From Hydrolagus affinis (lineage: Eukaryota), in assembly GCA_012026655.1 (NCBI GenBank), contig JAAILG010001249.1:1-64000 (forward strand): a DNA stretch of 64,000 nucleotides, read 5' to 3'. Positions 36,783 to 48,974 of the stretch are shown one piece after another; position 1 is the first letter of the stretch; every line of letters begins with the position of its first letter. Below the pieces are notes generated by a model. That model had not been told where the DNA came from, searched no databases, and was given only the letters and a program-made list of their open reading frames with translations. Position numbers and translations under genes: made by a program.

Positions 36783-37093
36783 GAATCCTATAGCTCAGTG
36801 GTTAGAGCACTCATCTTGCAATGAGAGACCCTGGGTTCAATTCCAGGCAGGGTGAAACCTTGGGCACTTCCTTACTCCACTGCCTAGTACTAAGCCCTCG
36901 AAAAAAAATCTAATAACAAATTGGTCATTTCAATCCCTGACTGTTTGTGGGATACTGCTGTGTGCAATTGGCTGCCGCATTCACCCACGAATATACAGTC
37001 CATTCATTTTGCAGCATATTCTGTGAAGCATTTTGAGATGTCTGGAAGACGTGAAAAGCGCTATATTAAATGCGAGTATTATTACTATTATTA
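36783..37093 (+). mobile_element. Full-length tRNA-derived SINE, short variant
   Basis: A box tagctcagtgg, B box gggttcaattcc, body and (ATT)n tail. Confidence 0.92.
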
Positions 37094-37418
37094 TGTACAT
37101 GATGGATGGAGTAGAACTTGCCAGTTGGGGAAGCTGAAAGAGATATGGGGATGTTAGCTGACTCATCGCTCACCATGTCCAAAAAACGTTTGAGGCATCA
37201 ATAAATAAGGATAGCTGGGCTGTATTACCAAATCAGTTGAGTTCAGTGTTGAATGTAAGGAGAATATTTATGGAAGGATGAGATCAGAAAGGCCAAAGGA
37301 ACTTCTTCATCTGAATCGATCTTGTGGATTATGTGCTGCCTCACAAGGCACCTACTGTAATAAACTGTGCGTTAAAAAGTAGATCACTGCTGGTCAATTA
37401 AAGCACTGATTTGCTATG

Positions 37419-37717
37419 ATAATAATAATATTAATCATCCTTGAATTGGATATAGCGCTTTTTCACGTCTTCTAGACGTCTCAAAGCGCTTCACAGAATA
37501 TAGTGTAAAGTGAATTGACTGTCTATTTGTGGGCGAAACGCGGTAGCCAGTTGCGCACAGCAGTGTCCCACAAATAGTAGTGGATTGAAATGACCAATTT
37601 TATTACTGTGGTTATTTTGGAGGATTATTAGACGTGTGTGGTAAGGAATCTTGCCCAAGGTTTCGCCTTGACCTGCCTGGATTCGAACACAGGTCTCATG
37701 CTCTAACCATTGAGCTA
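37419..37717 (-). mobile_element. Near full-length tRNA-derived SINE
   Basis: Reverse complement of the head (ctctaaccattgagcta), body and tail. Confidence 0.92.
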
Positions 37718-40556
37718 ATGGTAACTATCATCTTACCCTGTGCCCGTACACAGCGAGTTCTTTTTTTTAAACCTTCCCAAAGGCTACCATGATTTAATAT
37801 GTAGTGATCAGCGTATAATTCTCTTCTCACAAGAGAAATCACTCTCTTTTGTAACCTCCAAATGTTTGGAGATCCCGCACCCAGTATGCAAATCCCCTCC
37901 TTCATTATATGTTACACTCCAAGCTGAAGCACTTGTTATTTGACCAGTTAAGTTTGTTTCGTGAGGTTGCATACATGAACACACAAGGTTATATAAAGAC
38001 ATGACTTGAAATCTCATCAATCTCAATGTAGACCGCGGCCTTAGTTGTTGTTGTCTATTGTAATTGTAGTGCGGTAACTGATTTTATTTACAGTTTGAGA
38101 AGTGCTTTGAGACGTCCTCCCGACCTGAAAGGCGTTGGAATAAATGAAAGTGTTACGGGTTTTGTGTCACAAGCAAAGAATTGCATTGTTGTACCCAGTT
38201 TACACAAGCGCTCGCTCTGGGTTGCTACCCTGCGTATAAATGCAAGTTGGTGTTGCTGCATTCTGGACTGTGAGCGAGCTCAAGTCCCGATTGTAGGGTT
38301 GAACCCACAAGCTCCCGGGAGTGCTATCCACAGAGCCAGATCTCTGCGTTAGCGAGCAGGCTCGGCCAAGGTCTACATTTAACGTCCCGTCCACTTGGTA
38401 GATATACGCTAAATTTAGTGCTCATCTTCAATTTCCATTTTCTGCCCTGTTACCTGCCAAGCAATGCGGGCAATGCAGCTATCACAGACTTAACTATGGT
38501 AATGTGTACAGGTCTGGTTTATAAAGAGCGGTGAGCATGACATTCCAGGGCCATTGTGAAGTATCAGATCAGCTGCTTTATTTATGACAACAAAAACAAA
38601 AGCAGTCATCTGCTATCTTGGATAATAATAAATAATAATAATAATACTCATGATGATAATCCTTCTGCCTTCCACTTCAGGAAGATGCTTGACAGACTTC
38701 ACTGCAAAGTGACTTTGTATTTTGCAGGCCAGCGCCACGCCAGTTTGCCCACAGCGACGACCCCCAACACACAGCCGTGAAGTGAATGACCCGATTTTAC
38801 CTTGGAAGCTCATTGCCCAATGGTATAGGGAAAAATTCCCTCTTCTTTGTAGATATGGGCTACTAGAGCTCTCACCATCCGCCTGAGACAGGCCTAGACG
38901 TCTCTCTGCCAATGCAGCAGTCCCCAGTCGGCCGAGGTTTCCTCATTCCAACAGCCAATGTGGGGCTTGGGAACTGGATAACAACTTTAGAGTTTGATTC
39001 AGTCTGTTTCTGCAGGATAAGGCGAGGAAGGATATGAAGGCACAAGGGGTGCGTTGAGGTTTCCAGGGCAGCTGTACAGCACAGAAATACTCCCATCATG
39101 CGATAACGTCCGTATCAATGTCCAAACAAGTAAGCCATAGGTGTGATGGGGAACCAGATAATCAGCTCGCTACAGTTCAATTCCAGGTTGTAGTGCTTTA
39201 TTTTACCGTTGTTCGCTCATCACGTCCGGCAAGATGACCTTGTTGCGAGTGAGAGCATCCAGCAGGCCAAGGCTGATCAGTGAGCCGAGAGAAAAATTCC
39301 CTTTCTCCCCATCAATGCAATACCTTTGGCCTTAGTTTGCATAACCATTTTGCTTTAACGTTTAAAGATTGGGCCGAATCACAGAAAGATTTTTGACTTT
39401 GGAAAGCCTTTTTTTTCTTTTAAGGACTATGGGAAAATAGCTGGCAAATCCAACACAGGCTGAATTGAAGATATTTCCAGAACTCTGCCCAGTCTTAACA
39501 TTGAAGGCAAAATAATCTGACAGGCTAACACTAGGTGGGACTTTCGGCCTCTCGTTGCTCACACAAAGTTTGATGAATTAACCCTATTAAAGTTGAAATG
39601 ACCTAGCTATAGAGGCATCTGGACTACAATCGGGACCAATTTCGCACAGTGAGCAAATTATGTCCTTTCCACAACTAGATCCACATCCAAGTCTTTCAGG
39701 TGATACCACCGCCAGCAACAACAACAACTTCCTATACTTAGATGGCACCTTTCATATAGGACAATATCTCAGAGCATTTCACAGAGATCATCAAGCAGTG
39801 CGGAGCTCGCAGAAAATTTTGAGTTGTTGACCAAAGGTGCTGTGAAAGAGGAGAGGGGCGGTGGGGCAAACAGAGTGAGGCTTCAGTGGATGGGACGTCA
39901 AGAGAAGGGCAGGAACCCATTCAGAAAGCATTGGCTGGCACTGCGCATAAATAACCTGACATAACATGAGGACACGGTGCACAGAGGCAGCCAATGTGAA
40001 AACTAAGCTCGCCTTTCACCAGACGCCGCTGTTAAAAGTTGTTCTCAAGTAACCAATTCCGCACTGTTTCAAAAAAAAAAGCTTTAGTTCAAGAAGCAGG
40101 GGAAAAAAATCCCTTCCTGTAAAAGAGAATGTGACGAGCGTGATGTTTGTGTGTGTATGTGTGTGTTGGTGCCGTGCGTGGCTGACACGATGTGGAATAC
40201 ACTGTGCCCAGCCCGTTCAAACTCCTTATAAATAAAGAAGATCAATTTCAGCAAGCCGTGCGGTTTCCGACGCTGTTTCCACCACCAGATTGTTTTCGTT
40301 TCCCTTCTCCATGAGGGTCAAACACTGAGAATGCAAATGGCATCCCACCCACCCAGCCAGCTGGTGGAAAATTGATTAGAGGCTGGTGGGCTCGGGTGTC
40401 AGCCAATTGCGAGACCTGCGGTCGGTCAACGATTCCTTCGTGACAATAGCCTTTGCCCTTCACATTTCCTTCCCCTGTCTCCTTCAAAATACTGGGACCA
40501 TGCCATCTTTCCCTGAGGACTTGTTCGCCCTGAGTTCCTTTTTGAATATAATAATA

Positions 40557-40720
40557 CGACTAATAATCCTTGCAATTGACGTAGCGCCTTTTCATGTCAT
40601 CTCAAAACGCTTCGCAGAATATACACTGTATAGTGAATTGATTGTGTATTTTGGGAGGGAAGGAGGGTGGGGTTTGGCAGCCAATTGCACACAGCGGTGT
40701 CCCACGAACAGTGATGGGTT
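40557..40720 (-). mobile_element. SINE 3' half
   Basis: taataatccttgca..ctcaaaacgcttcgcagaatatac..ggcagccaattgcacacagcggtgtccca. Confidence 0.8.
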
Positions 40721-41294
40721 CAACGATCACATTATTATTACTGCTCCCAGAAAGCATTGCATCCGTCCAACTTACTGCCAGGTAAACACAGGTGTGCGCC
40801 TCAGGTTTCCAGTCTAGAGAATCAAACGACGGCACCTTTCGCTTGTGAGATGAGTGCTCTGGCCAACACAACCGATGAAGGCCTCTCCCTGCCATGCTGA
40901 CTACAAAAGTCTTCAGGAATTAGAATTGAGTGTAGTACAAAGGCACCTCCGATATTGCAATGGGTGCTATACCAAATGCAAGGATTATAGGATTACCTTA
41001 GTTATCCCTACAGCTTTAGATAGCTTTTTAAGATCGCTATGTAAAGTGCTCTACAGCTTTTGGTAGCTGTTCTTTTTGGAGGGGGTTGGTGTGTGGGGGG
41101 ATTGAGAGCTTCTAGGAATGCTCATTCTTTAGACCAAGCCTCCTGCCAATAATTCTGTTGAATCATCTAATAGGGAAGCTCGACTGATACCTCACAGGTT
41201 TGCCTGCACCTGTTGAGCACTTCCAGCTGGCAAAACCCATGTAGGCATCTCCCCGCCTTTAGTATGGTAATCATCCCTTTTTAAAAAAAAATAA

Positions 41295-41520
41295 CACCAC
41301 TCAATCAACAACTGTTTGTGAGCCACTGCTGTGCGGAATTGGCTGCCGTGTTTCGCACACAAAATACTGTCTATTCACTTGGAGCACTTTGAGACATCTC
41401 CACAATGTGATAAGGCACTCTAACAAATGCAAGGATTATTATGTTCCATTCAGATCCCTTGGAGATTTCCCAAAGACTTGATAAAGCACTATAACCAATG
41501 CAAGAATTATTATTATTACT
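41295..41520 (+). mobile_element. SINE 3' half with a second tandem tail
   Basis: Two successive ...aatgcaag(g/a)attattat tails. Confidence 0.7.
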
Positions 41521-41633
41521 ACAAATCATTAAATACACCAAGGGGGAACAGGCCGTTTCCAAGAGAGAAATATTCATTGGCTTGAAAATGTAGATTCAGT
41601 TGATGTAAATGTTTCCTTTCTTTTCCTTTAGGA

Positions 41634-41757
41634 AAATTTGCAGGGCTATGGGGGTAAGAGTGAGTGAGTGGGACAAGTTGGATAACTCTTTCAAAGAGCA
41701 GGCACAGACACGATGGGCCAAATGGCCTCCTCCTGTGCTGCAAGAGTCTATGATCCT
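41634..41757 (+). mobile_element. CR1 LINE 3'UTR fragment
   Basis: ttgcagggctatgggg..gagcaggcacagacacgatgggccaaatggcctcctcctgtgctg..ctatgat is the reverse complement of the 16354-16490 type sequence. Confidence 0.85.
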
Positions 41758-42061
41758 GTACGGAAACGGTCACTTCTCACAACTGAATTGCTCAGCAAGC
41801 GATTAATTGACACATTTCAGAGCTCAGCGAGTGAAACATCAGTGACTCGCTGGCCTGGAGTGCTGGTGTAAAGTTGAACGTGCCTGGAGCAAGACATGTG
41901 TGATCTGAAAAAACACAGAGAAGGCGTTTGGCTAATGGACCAAATTGACAAGCCGGTCAATTGATCTTTGCATCAAGTGTTCTTGGCTATGAGTAGCACG
42001 GTGTCCCATTCTGGGTGCAGAAATGTAGCCTGTCTGATCAGCAGGTATAGCTAGTATACTT

Positions 42062-42310
42062 GTGGAGTCCTGTAGGTCGGTGATTAGAGGATTCACCTCG
42101 CAAGTGAGAGACCTGGGTTTGATTCCTAGCAGGAGAAAATGTTTCCTTACTCTGCACGCCTCTGTTTACCTACCAGTAAGTAGGAACACGGTTGTCAGTT
42201 AATTCTTGGATTGCTTTTCCAGAGGGTAATAATTCATTAAAGAAAAGTTGGTCACTTCAATCCATGACTGTTTGTGGGACACTCCTGTGCGCAATTGGCT
42301 GCCATGTTTG
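42062..42310 (+). mobile_element. tRNA-derived SINE, long variant, 3'-truncated
   Basis: gtggagtcctgtagg head; extra segment at 42161-42226. Confidence 0.85.
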
Positions 42311-42897
42311 GCCCGCCCAGGACTAAATTCAAGTGGAAAGGACTTTTACTATTATAAAGTAAAGCCAGTGGCCTAGATCTCGAGCCTGGGAACTAGGGTG
42401 ACTGCAGCCCTGGGCTTTGTGCCAAGTTTTCCAAGAGTTTTCATATTGCCAGTAAAAGGAATGCACAGAACGATAGCTACAGTTACTCCCACCACCATCC
42501 TTTTCCTCCCCTCCCTCCGAGTCCGGCCCCTGTACCCACCACCCCAGGCTGTCCGTCCATTGCCTTTTGAACTTGGCAGAAAGGTGGCTACCCCATCTGT
42601 TGAACCATGTGTTAAGGCAATAATAAAGTGTTACTTCTGACTCTTGGCAGTCCACAATACAGTATTAAAACCTTCTGGCATTGTATTGTATAAAAAAATA
42701 ACATGTTCCCACAAATTTGAGTATTTCTGTGTGGCTTACGGCCAGCCCATTCACACCCAACCACTGAAGCCAGGGCGTTCAGTGCTAGTCAAGGGACCAA
42801 CCCAGGAGGGCACACGACACAGTCTATGTAGTTTTGTCAGTAGAAGGATAAGTCTTTGTTGAGTCTCCCTTAATTTGACGTGTTGAACTTTTGCCAA

Positions 42898-42997
42898 NNN
42901 NNNNNNNNNNNNNNNNNNNNNNNNNNNNNNNNNNNNNNNNNNNNNNNNNNNNNNNNNNNNNNNNNNNNNNNNNNNNNNNNNNNNNNNNNNNNNNNNN
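42898..42997. other. Assembly gap (100 N)
   Basis: Run of N. Confidence 1.
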
Positions 42998-43644
42998 ACC
43001 CCCCCCTCGCCACTGCACTCCTAAAACCCACCCCAAGTCTCCAGGCAACAGAACTGAATTGCCTGCGATGTTCAAACTAGTGAAATCTGGTTAAGAGCGA
43101 GCATCAGAAAGTGGCGATTCACAGACAATAAACAGCCGAGTGGCATCAAGCCACAACACAAGTGGTTTGTTTTTTCCATAATTGACTGCTATCCCACTGA
43201 GTATTTTGTTTCTATTACATGAAAACCAGGATATTTTCATTTATAATTATGGAATGGGGCAGAGTGCAGAAGAGGGAGAAGGAGAGGAGACTGACGTAGA
43301 AAAGGTCACAGATGGGGCCGTAAGATCAGACTCTTTTATTAAAAAAAATTAAAAATGGCTTTCACCCTTACAACTGATTTATTCCCCCGGGTATTGTCAA
43401 ACTATTTGTTAGGGGAAGGCTTCCTACGCATGTATAATAAACTCAGCATTGTAAGTCCGCTTTATCTGTATGTCAAGTGCTACTTGTGTTGCTGCTGCGA
43501 TCTATTTGGATGTGGAGGAGGGTATTTTCTTCCTGCCTTTAGCCGGCACTGTCATTGATGTCAGTGTTTCCTCCACCCACCCCCCCACACGACCCTCTAT
43601 CATGTGTTTTGCTCACCTCAACTCAGTACCAGTTTGTAACTCTA

Positions 43645-44040
43645 TAATAATCCTTGCATTTGATGGCGCGCCACATCACATCGGCGAAACGTCTCAAAGC
43701 GCTGTGTGGGATTTACTGTAAGGAGTGGTGGCTGTGCGTTTATGTGTAGGCGAATGCGGAAGCCAATTTGCGCACAGCAACGTCCTTCAAACAGCTGTGA
43801 AGGGAATTATCTAATTTTTTCTTGGGTTGGGGGTGGGGGTGGGCTCAAACAGGACAAATATTGTCAACGGATCTTTAATGTCCACCTGGGCAGGCAGATG
43901 GTACTTTGGTTTTGACATCTCACCTGAAGGACTTTCACTTGGGACAAAGCTTGGTTGGTTTATCACAGCTCAAAGCGGTGACGTGTAACTTGATCCCACA
44001 ACCTTCTCTCCTAAAGGCGAGAACACTACTAAGTGAGCCA
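43645..44040 (-). mobile_element. Older Deu-domain SINE (SacSINE1/AmnSINE1-like)
   Basis: Tail, ggatctttaatgtccacctgggcaggcaga (Deu core) and head cccacaaccttct..aaggcgagaacactactaagtgagcca. Confidence 0.7.
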
Positions 44041-44640
44041 GACACCCCATCACTGTAAATATCACAGTGGATGGAGTCCAGTTAAGAAATTGTTTAAAAA
44101 ACTGGCTGGTGGCTGTGATCTAGGCTATGAATAAGACATGTGTCTTCATAACAGTTTAGTAGATTGAGAGACATTTGGCAGAGACTTGAAGTAGCCGGGA
44201 GGAAACTTAACCCATGTTTAAAATAAGCTTATCAACTAGTTCCATACAACAGCCAACGTCTTATGCAAAGCCTTGCAGTATTTGAGAAATGTTAACAGTG
44301 AGAAATGTTAACAATTACGCTCAACTCTGACAAGATTCTCTTTATTGCTAAATATATTTCCATCTGTTTGATGTCTAAGGCAGTACATTCAGACGTTTTA
44401 ATGGACTCCATTGCTAGTTCAGCCGCAACTTGTACTTGAGCTAGTGTTATGGTAGGGGGTGGGGAGAGGTAAGCGGGGTCTGAACTGAGCTGGCTCGAAG
44501 GTGACATACTTGGTATGGATTCCTGGAATGAAGACAACCCTCTCTCTGGCAGTTTGGATGAAACTGGCATCTCCTTTGCACCGAGACGAAAGGAGTTTTT
44601 CATCTGATCAGGTGAAGTTTGCGTTCTTCCTATTTTACAT

Positions 44641-44945
44641 TGTCAGAGGTGCCGTTCTACGGATGAAATGTTCAAACCGCGGTCCCATCAGCCTGTTTGG
44701 GTTGGACTTTAAAGATACTATGGCCCTTTTCGCAAAAGGGAAGGGAGTTTCTCCCGGTGTCATGGCCAACCAGCCTCCTGATAAAAGTCATCACTCCCTC
44801 CAAGGCTGTTTGTGAGACCTTGCTGTGAGCAACACAGTCAGCCCACATTTCGCTCACAAAATACGCAGTCAATCCACTTTACAGTACACCCTATGAAGTC
44901 GAGATGGCATCAAAGGCGCAATATCAAGTGTAAGGATTATTATTC
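44641..44945 (+). mobile_element. Deu-domain SINE fragment
   Basis: tgtcagaggtgccgttctacggatgaaatgttcaaaccgcggtccc..aaagat..atggc..gggagtttctcccggtgtcatggccaa matches the Deu domain as I recall it; followed by the L2-type tail. Confidence 0.75.
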
Positions 44946-47900
44946 TATTGTCATTTATGATACAATTTTTTGTAGTGCCGTTTCTGCACAGGGGTGAAAA
45001 CAGAACCGTGTTGATAAGCCGAGGCAGTACGTGACATTGCCCACAATAGTGCAGCCTGTTGATCATCGCTTACTTGAATAGGTGCTTGAAGAGCACTCTA
45101 CAACGCAGGACATATTGGGTAAAGGATGTCAACCCACTCACATCTGGTGGTGTATTTATATCCTAGTGTTTACACGGTGCCAAAGAATGGGGCACAGCGT
45201 TAAATTCTTAAACGCAAACTCTGGCTTAGTCCAGTGTAGTAATTTTAATTGCACAGCGAGGACCAGGGGGAGAACCCACAAGGATCACTCTTCTGTTCAC
45301 ACTATTTATAAATCCCTTTAACAAAGATATAAAAAGTAGAATGAGCTACGCTTTGCTGACGCCACCGCGCCCGATGCTGAGGTGTCGTATCTGAAGCAGC
45401 AACGGGGAAGCCAAATCTGTTGTTGTTGCAAACATGGTAAGGTGTCAGGTAGCCATTACAATGCAAGCGCTTCCCTTGACAATCGCACGGCTCGATTTAT
45501 AACTGAGAAATAGTTTGTCCCCTTTCAGCCACTTCATCCCAGTGCTGGTCTGCTTCCAGTTCCAAATACTTAGTACAACTGACATACAATCACGCGCTGG
45601 CCTTTCTCCACAGTACTATCTTTGAGGTGTTAAGTGCAGAAGGTAAGCAGATCCCACACGCATGTTGCTACTGATATCCATGGGCTCTGAGGGCAAGGTG
45701 TTTGCTTGTGTGTACACCACGTTGTTGGGTTATTCGCTCCCCAGCCTCCCCTCCCCTCCCCCCAGATTAAGACCGATTTCGGGGCAAAGCTACGAAGAGG
45801 CGGAAGTCTTTTCTCTACCAATAAATGTTGCTGGACATGTGCAGACAGGTGAAACCCAAACACTAATTTAAAAAAAACATATATGGAAAAACAACAGCTG
45901 TTCCACGTTGAAATAAACACAGTCCATTTGGCAAGGTTCTACGTGGTGAAATGTTATATCTTGGTGTTCCTAAGTTTGACACTGAAGGACACACACTGCA
46001 TTTAACTTTCTATCTGGAAGACTTGAATACTTTTCTTGTGGAGGGGAACCAGGTTGGCACCGGCGATAAATGGGAGGTGCTTATTCCTTGGGGTTGGAAG
46101 ATTGAAACACCGGGATCATCGTTTGCGGCATTCAACGGGATTCCCTAGCAGATTTGGACGGGGCGGGGTGGGGAGGTGGGGGGGGAGGGGGGGTGCGGTG
46201 GGGAAAGGCGTTGGTGCGGACGATTTCCAATGATCGGAAGCACATTGCGTTTTGACCTGCGGGAACTCCCCCCCTCCCCGACATGGTCTACATCCGGAGG
46301 GTCGATGGGAATGCTGAAGAAACTTTTGCGCTATCTTAGTTTAAGGTAACAACGACAACAAAATAAAGCTGCAGAATTGATGCTGCCTGTGTAACTGATT
46401 TCATCGCACATTTGATAAGTGTTAACTTATCGCACAACTTCAGTCCCTAATGATGGGAGTATGAATTGGATTCTAAACCAGGTGCAGAGTGAAAGCTCGC
46501 AAAATGTAGGATATGGATGCTTGGAAGGGCGATCACGTGTATTAGAAATACCTGCCGGATTGGATGACAACCACGGTGGAGGGGGCTAGGTAGAACCCGG
46601 CCAAGATAAAACCTGCTTTGACCCTCCAGCAATGGATTTACACCAACACCCTCTCTCTGATCAACTGCCTATCAGCTTACACATGTCTCATCAGATACTG
46701 ATGTATGGTCAGTATGTTCATGGTGAGTGAGTTTTGTGGAAGTTCAATCCAGATTTGATTGTTTGCTTCCAACGTCCCGACTCCAATCAATGCACTCTGG
46801 TTTAACAGTCCTTGCATTTGCTATCGTGGCCAGGCTACCAAAGACCTCTGCAAGTGGAACTGCTTTCAAGTTTGTTTGTTGTCCATGGCTCCAATCCATT
46901 AATCTAGGCCCAAAAAATATATATACTACCGACAAAAGATGGTCACTAGACTTTGCAGTGTGTCCTGTGAAGCGCTTTGAGTTGCCTCAAAGACATGATA
47001 AGGTGCTGTATCAAATGCAAGGATTATTACTATCCGTTACCAGGGCAGAAGAATGTGCCATTGAGCACATTGTGTCTGGACTGGTACAAGTTGCTTTGAT
47101 GGAGAGATGTAATTCCACTCCATTGCTCTTTTCCCATTGGAGTTACGGTGTAATCCTATTCTCCTGCTGCCGTCCCCATCTAGTCTAATCCTATTCCATT
47201 GCATTTATTCACTGGCATTACACTCTCTAATCCTATTCCCCTCTCCTTTCCCCGAAAACCTTTCAATATTCTTGTTTTCCCAGGCGGTCGTAGAGTGGCA
47301 GAGGATGATGGCCATTTCTCACCGCCTAAGTTCTTTAAGGCAAATTACCCTGCCTCTAACGCCCTCACAGCAAACAACATCCATTGTGGATTTGGCACAC
47401 AAGTTAGTGCGAAGAATCCTGGCTGTCAATGCTCTACGGCATATCACCATGAGCAGCGTCCAATCCCTCGAGCGGATTTGTGCACGCCTACCTACTGTTT
47501 GCGGACGGGGTAGTGACAGGGAATAACAGCGCTCATTACTGACACCAGGCAAATAACTGATGGATGATTCACTCTCCTGAGTTTTCATCTCTCACCTAAA
47601 TAAACACTGGAAAATAACTTGGCTATTTCCGTTCCCTCCTTCCCTAAAGATCAAGAATGCGATAACAGCGAGACACAGTTTGGCACCCGTTGAGCGAGGC
47701 TGATATGTGCAGGGCTGCTTCTGGCTAGCAGCTCCTCACTGCCCAAGACAGCACCATTTACGCTCACATCGCGCCTTGCGCATCGGGAGGACGTCTCAGA
47801 GCGCTCGCCAGCTCTGACAACTGTATTGATAACAAATGCTACAAATTGTAAAATCTTCCCACATAATAACCCACTGAAAAGGCTTTGGTTCCCGCAAGGA

Positions 47901-48727
47901 CAACAGTGTTGGAAATTGCCTCTTTCGAAGAACATACACTTTCACCTTCTGTGTCAATCGCCAGATTCTGCTCCACTTCGTGTAATAATGTAATAAATTC
48001 TAATCGTTTTGTTTGATACAGCAGCTTATTGCATCGTCGAGATGTCTCAAAACGCAATCACTGTGGAGCGCGGTGACTGTGTTTTTGTAAGTGAATGCGG
48101 TCGCCAGTTTTGTACATACAGTAGTAACGTCCTGCAAACAGCCATGACGTGAATGGCTAATTTTATCTGTGGGGGAGAGATTGTTGCCGGATAGGAAAAA
48201 TATGCAGTAAACCAGTTGGCTGCGGGAGAGACAGAAATCTCCCATTGACCTGATGCCAGTGCAGTATCTATCCTCTCCATCGGGCTCCCAGGTGGACGGT
48301 TAGCAAATACCTTCAGACTCCACTATATGCGCATGATACGCGTGACCCACTAACCGAGATCCAACAACAGATTTTCCGTGAATGAGTTCCTGAAGCAATG
48401 CTCGAAGCAAAGTTATTAACTCCACTGAGGGCCTGTGTCGATGGCAGCATTTTGCGAGCAAGTGCCTTGCAAAATTCCACATGTGTTTATTTACCTACTG
48501 TGTTGGAGTAAATGATGCATATTGACTCCTCCCTGTTCAGTGAATCCTTCAGGATATGGGGATAATAATATTCATAATAATATTTGCATTTGATGCAGAG
48601 CCTGCCTTATCACTTCTCAAAGAGCTTCACAGTATCTACTGTAAAGAGAATTGACTGTATGTTTTGTGGGATGGGAGTTTATTGAGGTGTCCCCCTGAAG
48701 TGAACGATGCTGTCTCAATGTAAATTG

Positions 48728-48974
48728 CGGGGGACGCTCGATAGTCCGAAGGTTCAATAGTCAGAACACACAAATTTCCTATACCCGGCGCGGTTACCGT
48801 GGTTACTGCTCGATAGTCCAAAAACAAGGTTTATTAATCCGAACCTTTAGGATTAGGCTTACTGTTAGTATTAGTGTTAGGGTTAGTGTTAGGGTTACGG
48901 TATTAGGGTTAGGGGAAGCTTCGGACTAACGAATCTTCGGACTATCGAACCTTCGGACTATCGGGCGGTAACCG
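48728..48974. mobile_element. Non-autonomous TIR element (MITE-like) with a 15-bp TSD and internal TTAGGG-like repeats
   Basis: Imperfect ~39-bp terminal inverted repeats; the direct repeat tctcaatgtaaattg lies at 48713-48727 and 48975-48989. Confidence 0.8.

Noticed and set aside
48846-48914. Interstitial telomeric repeat as a chromosome-fusion relic
   Set aside because: Short, degenerate and enclosed within the TIR element, so better explained as part of that element.
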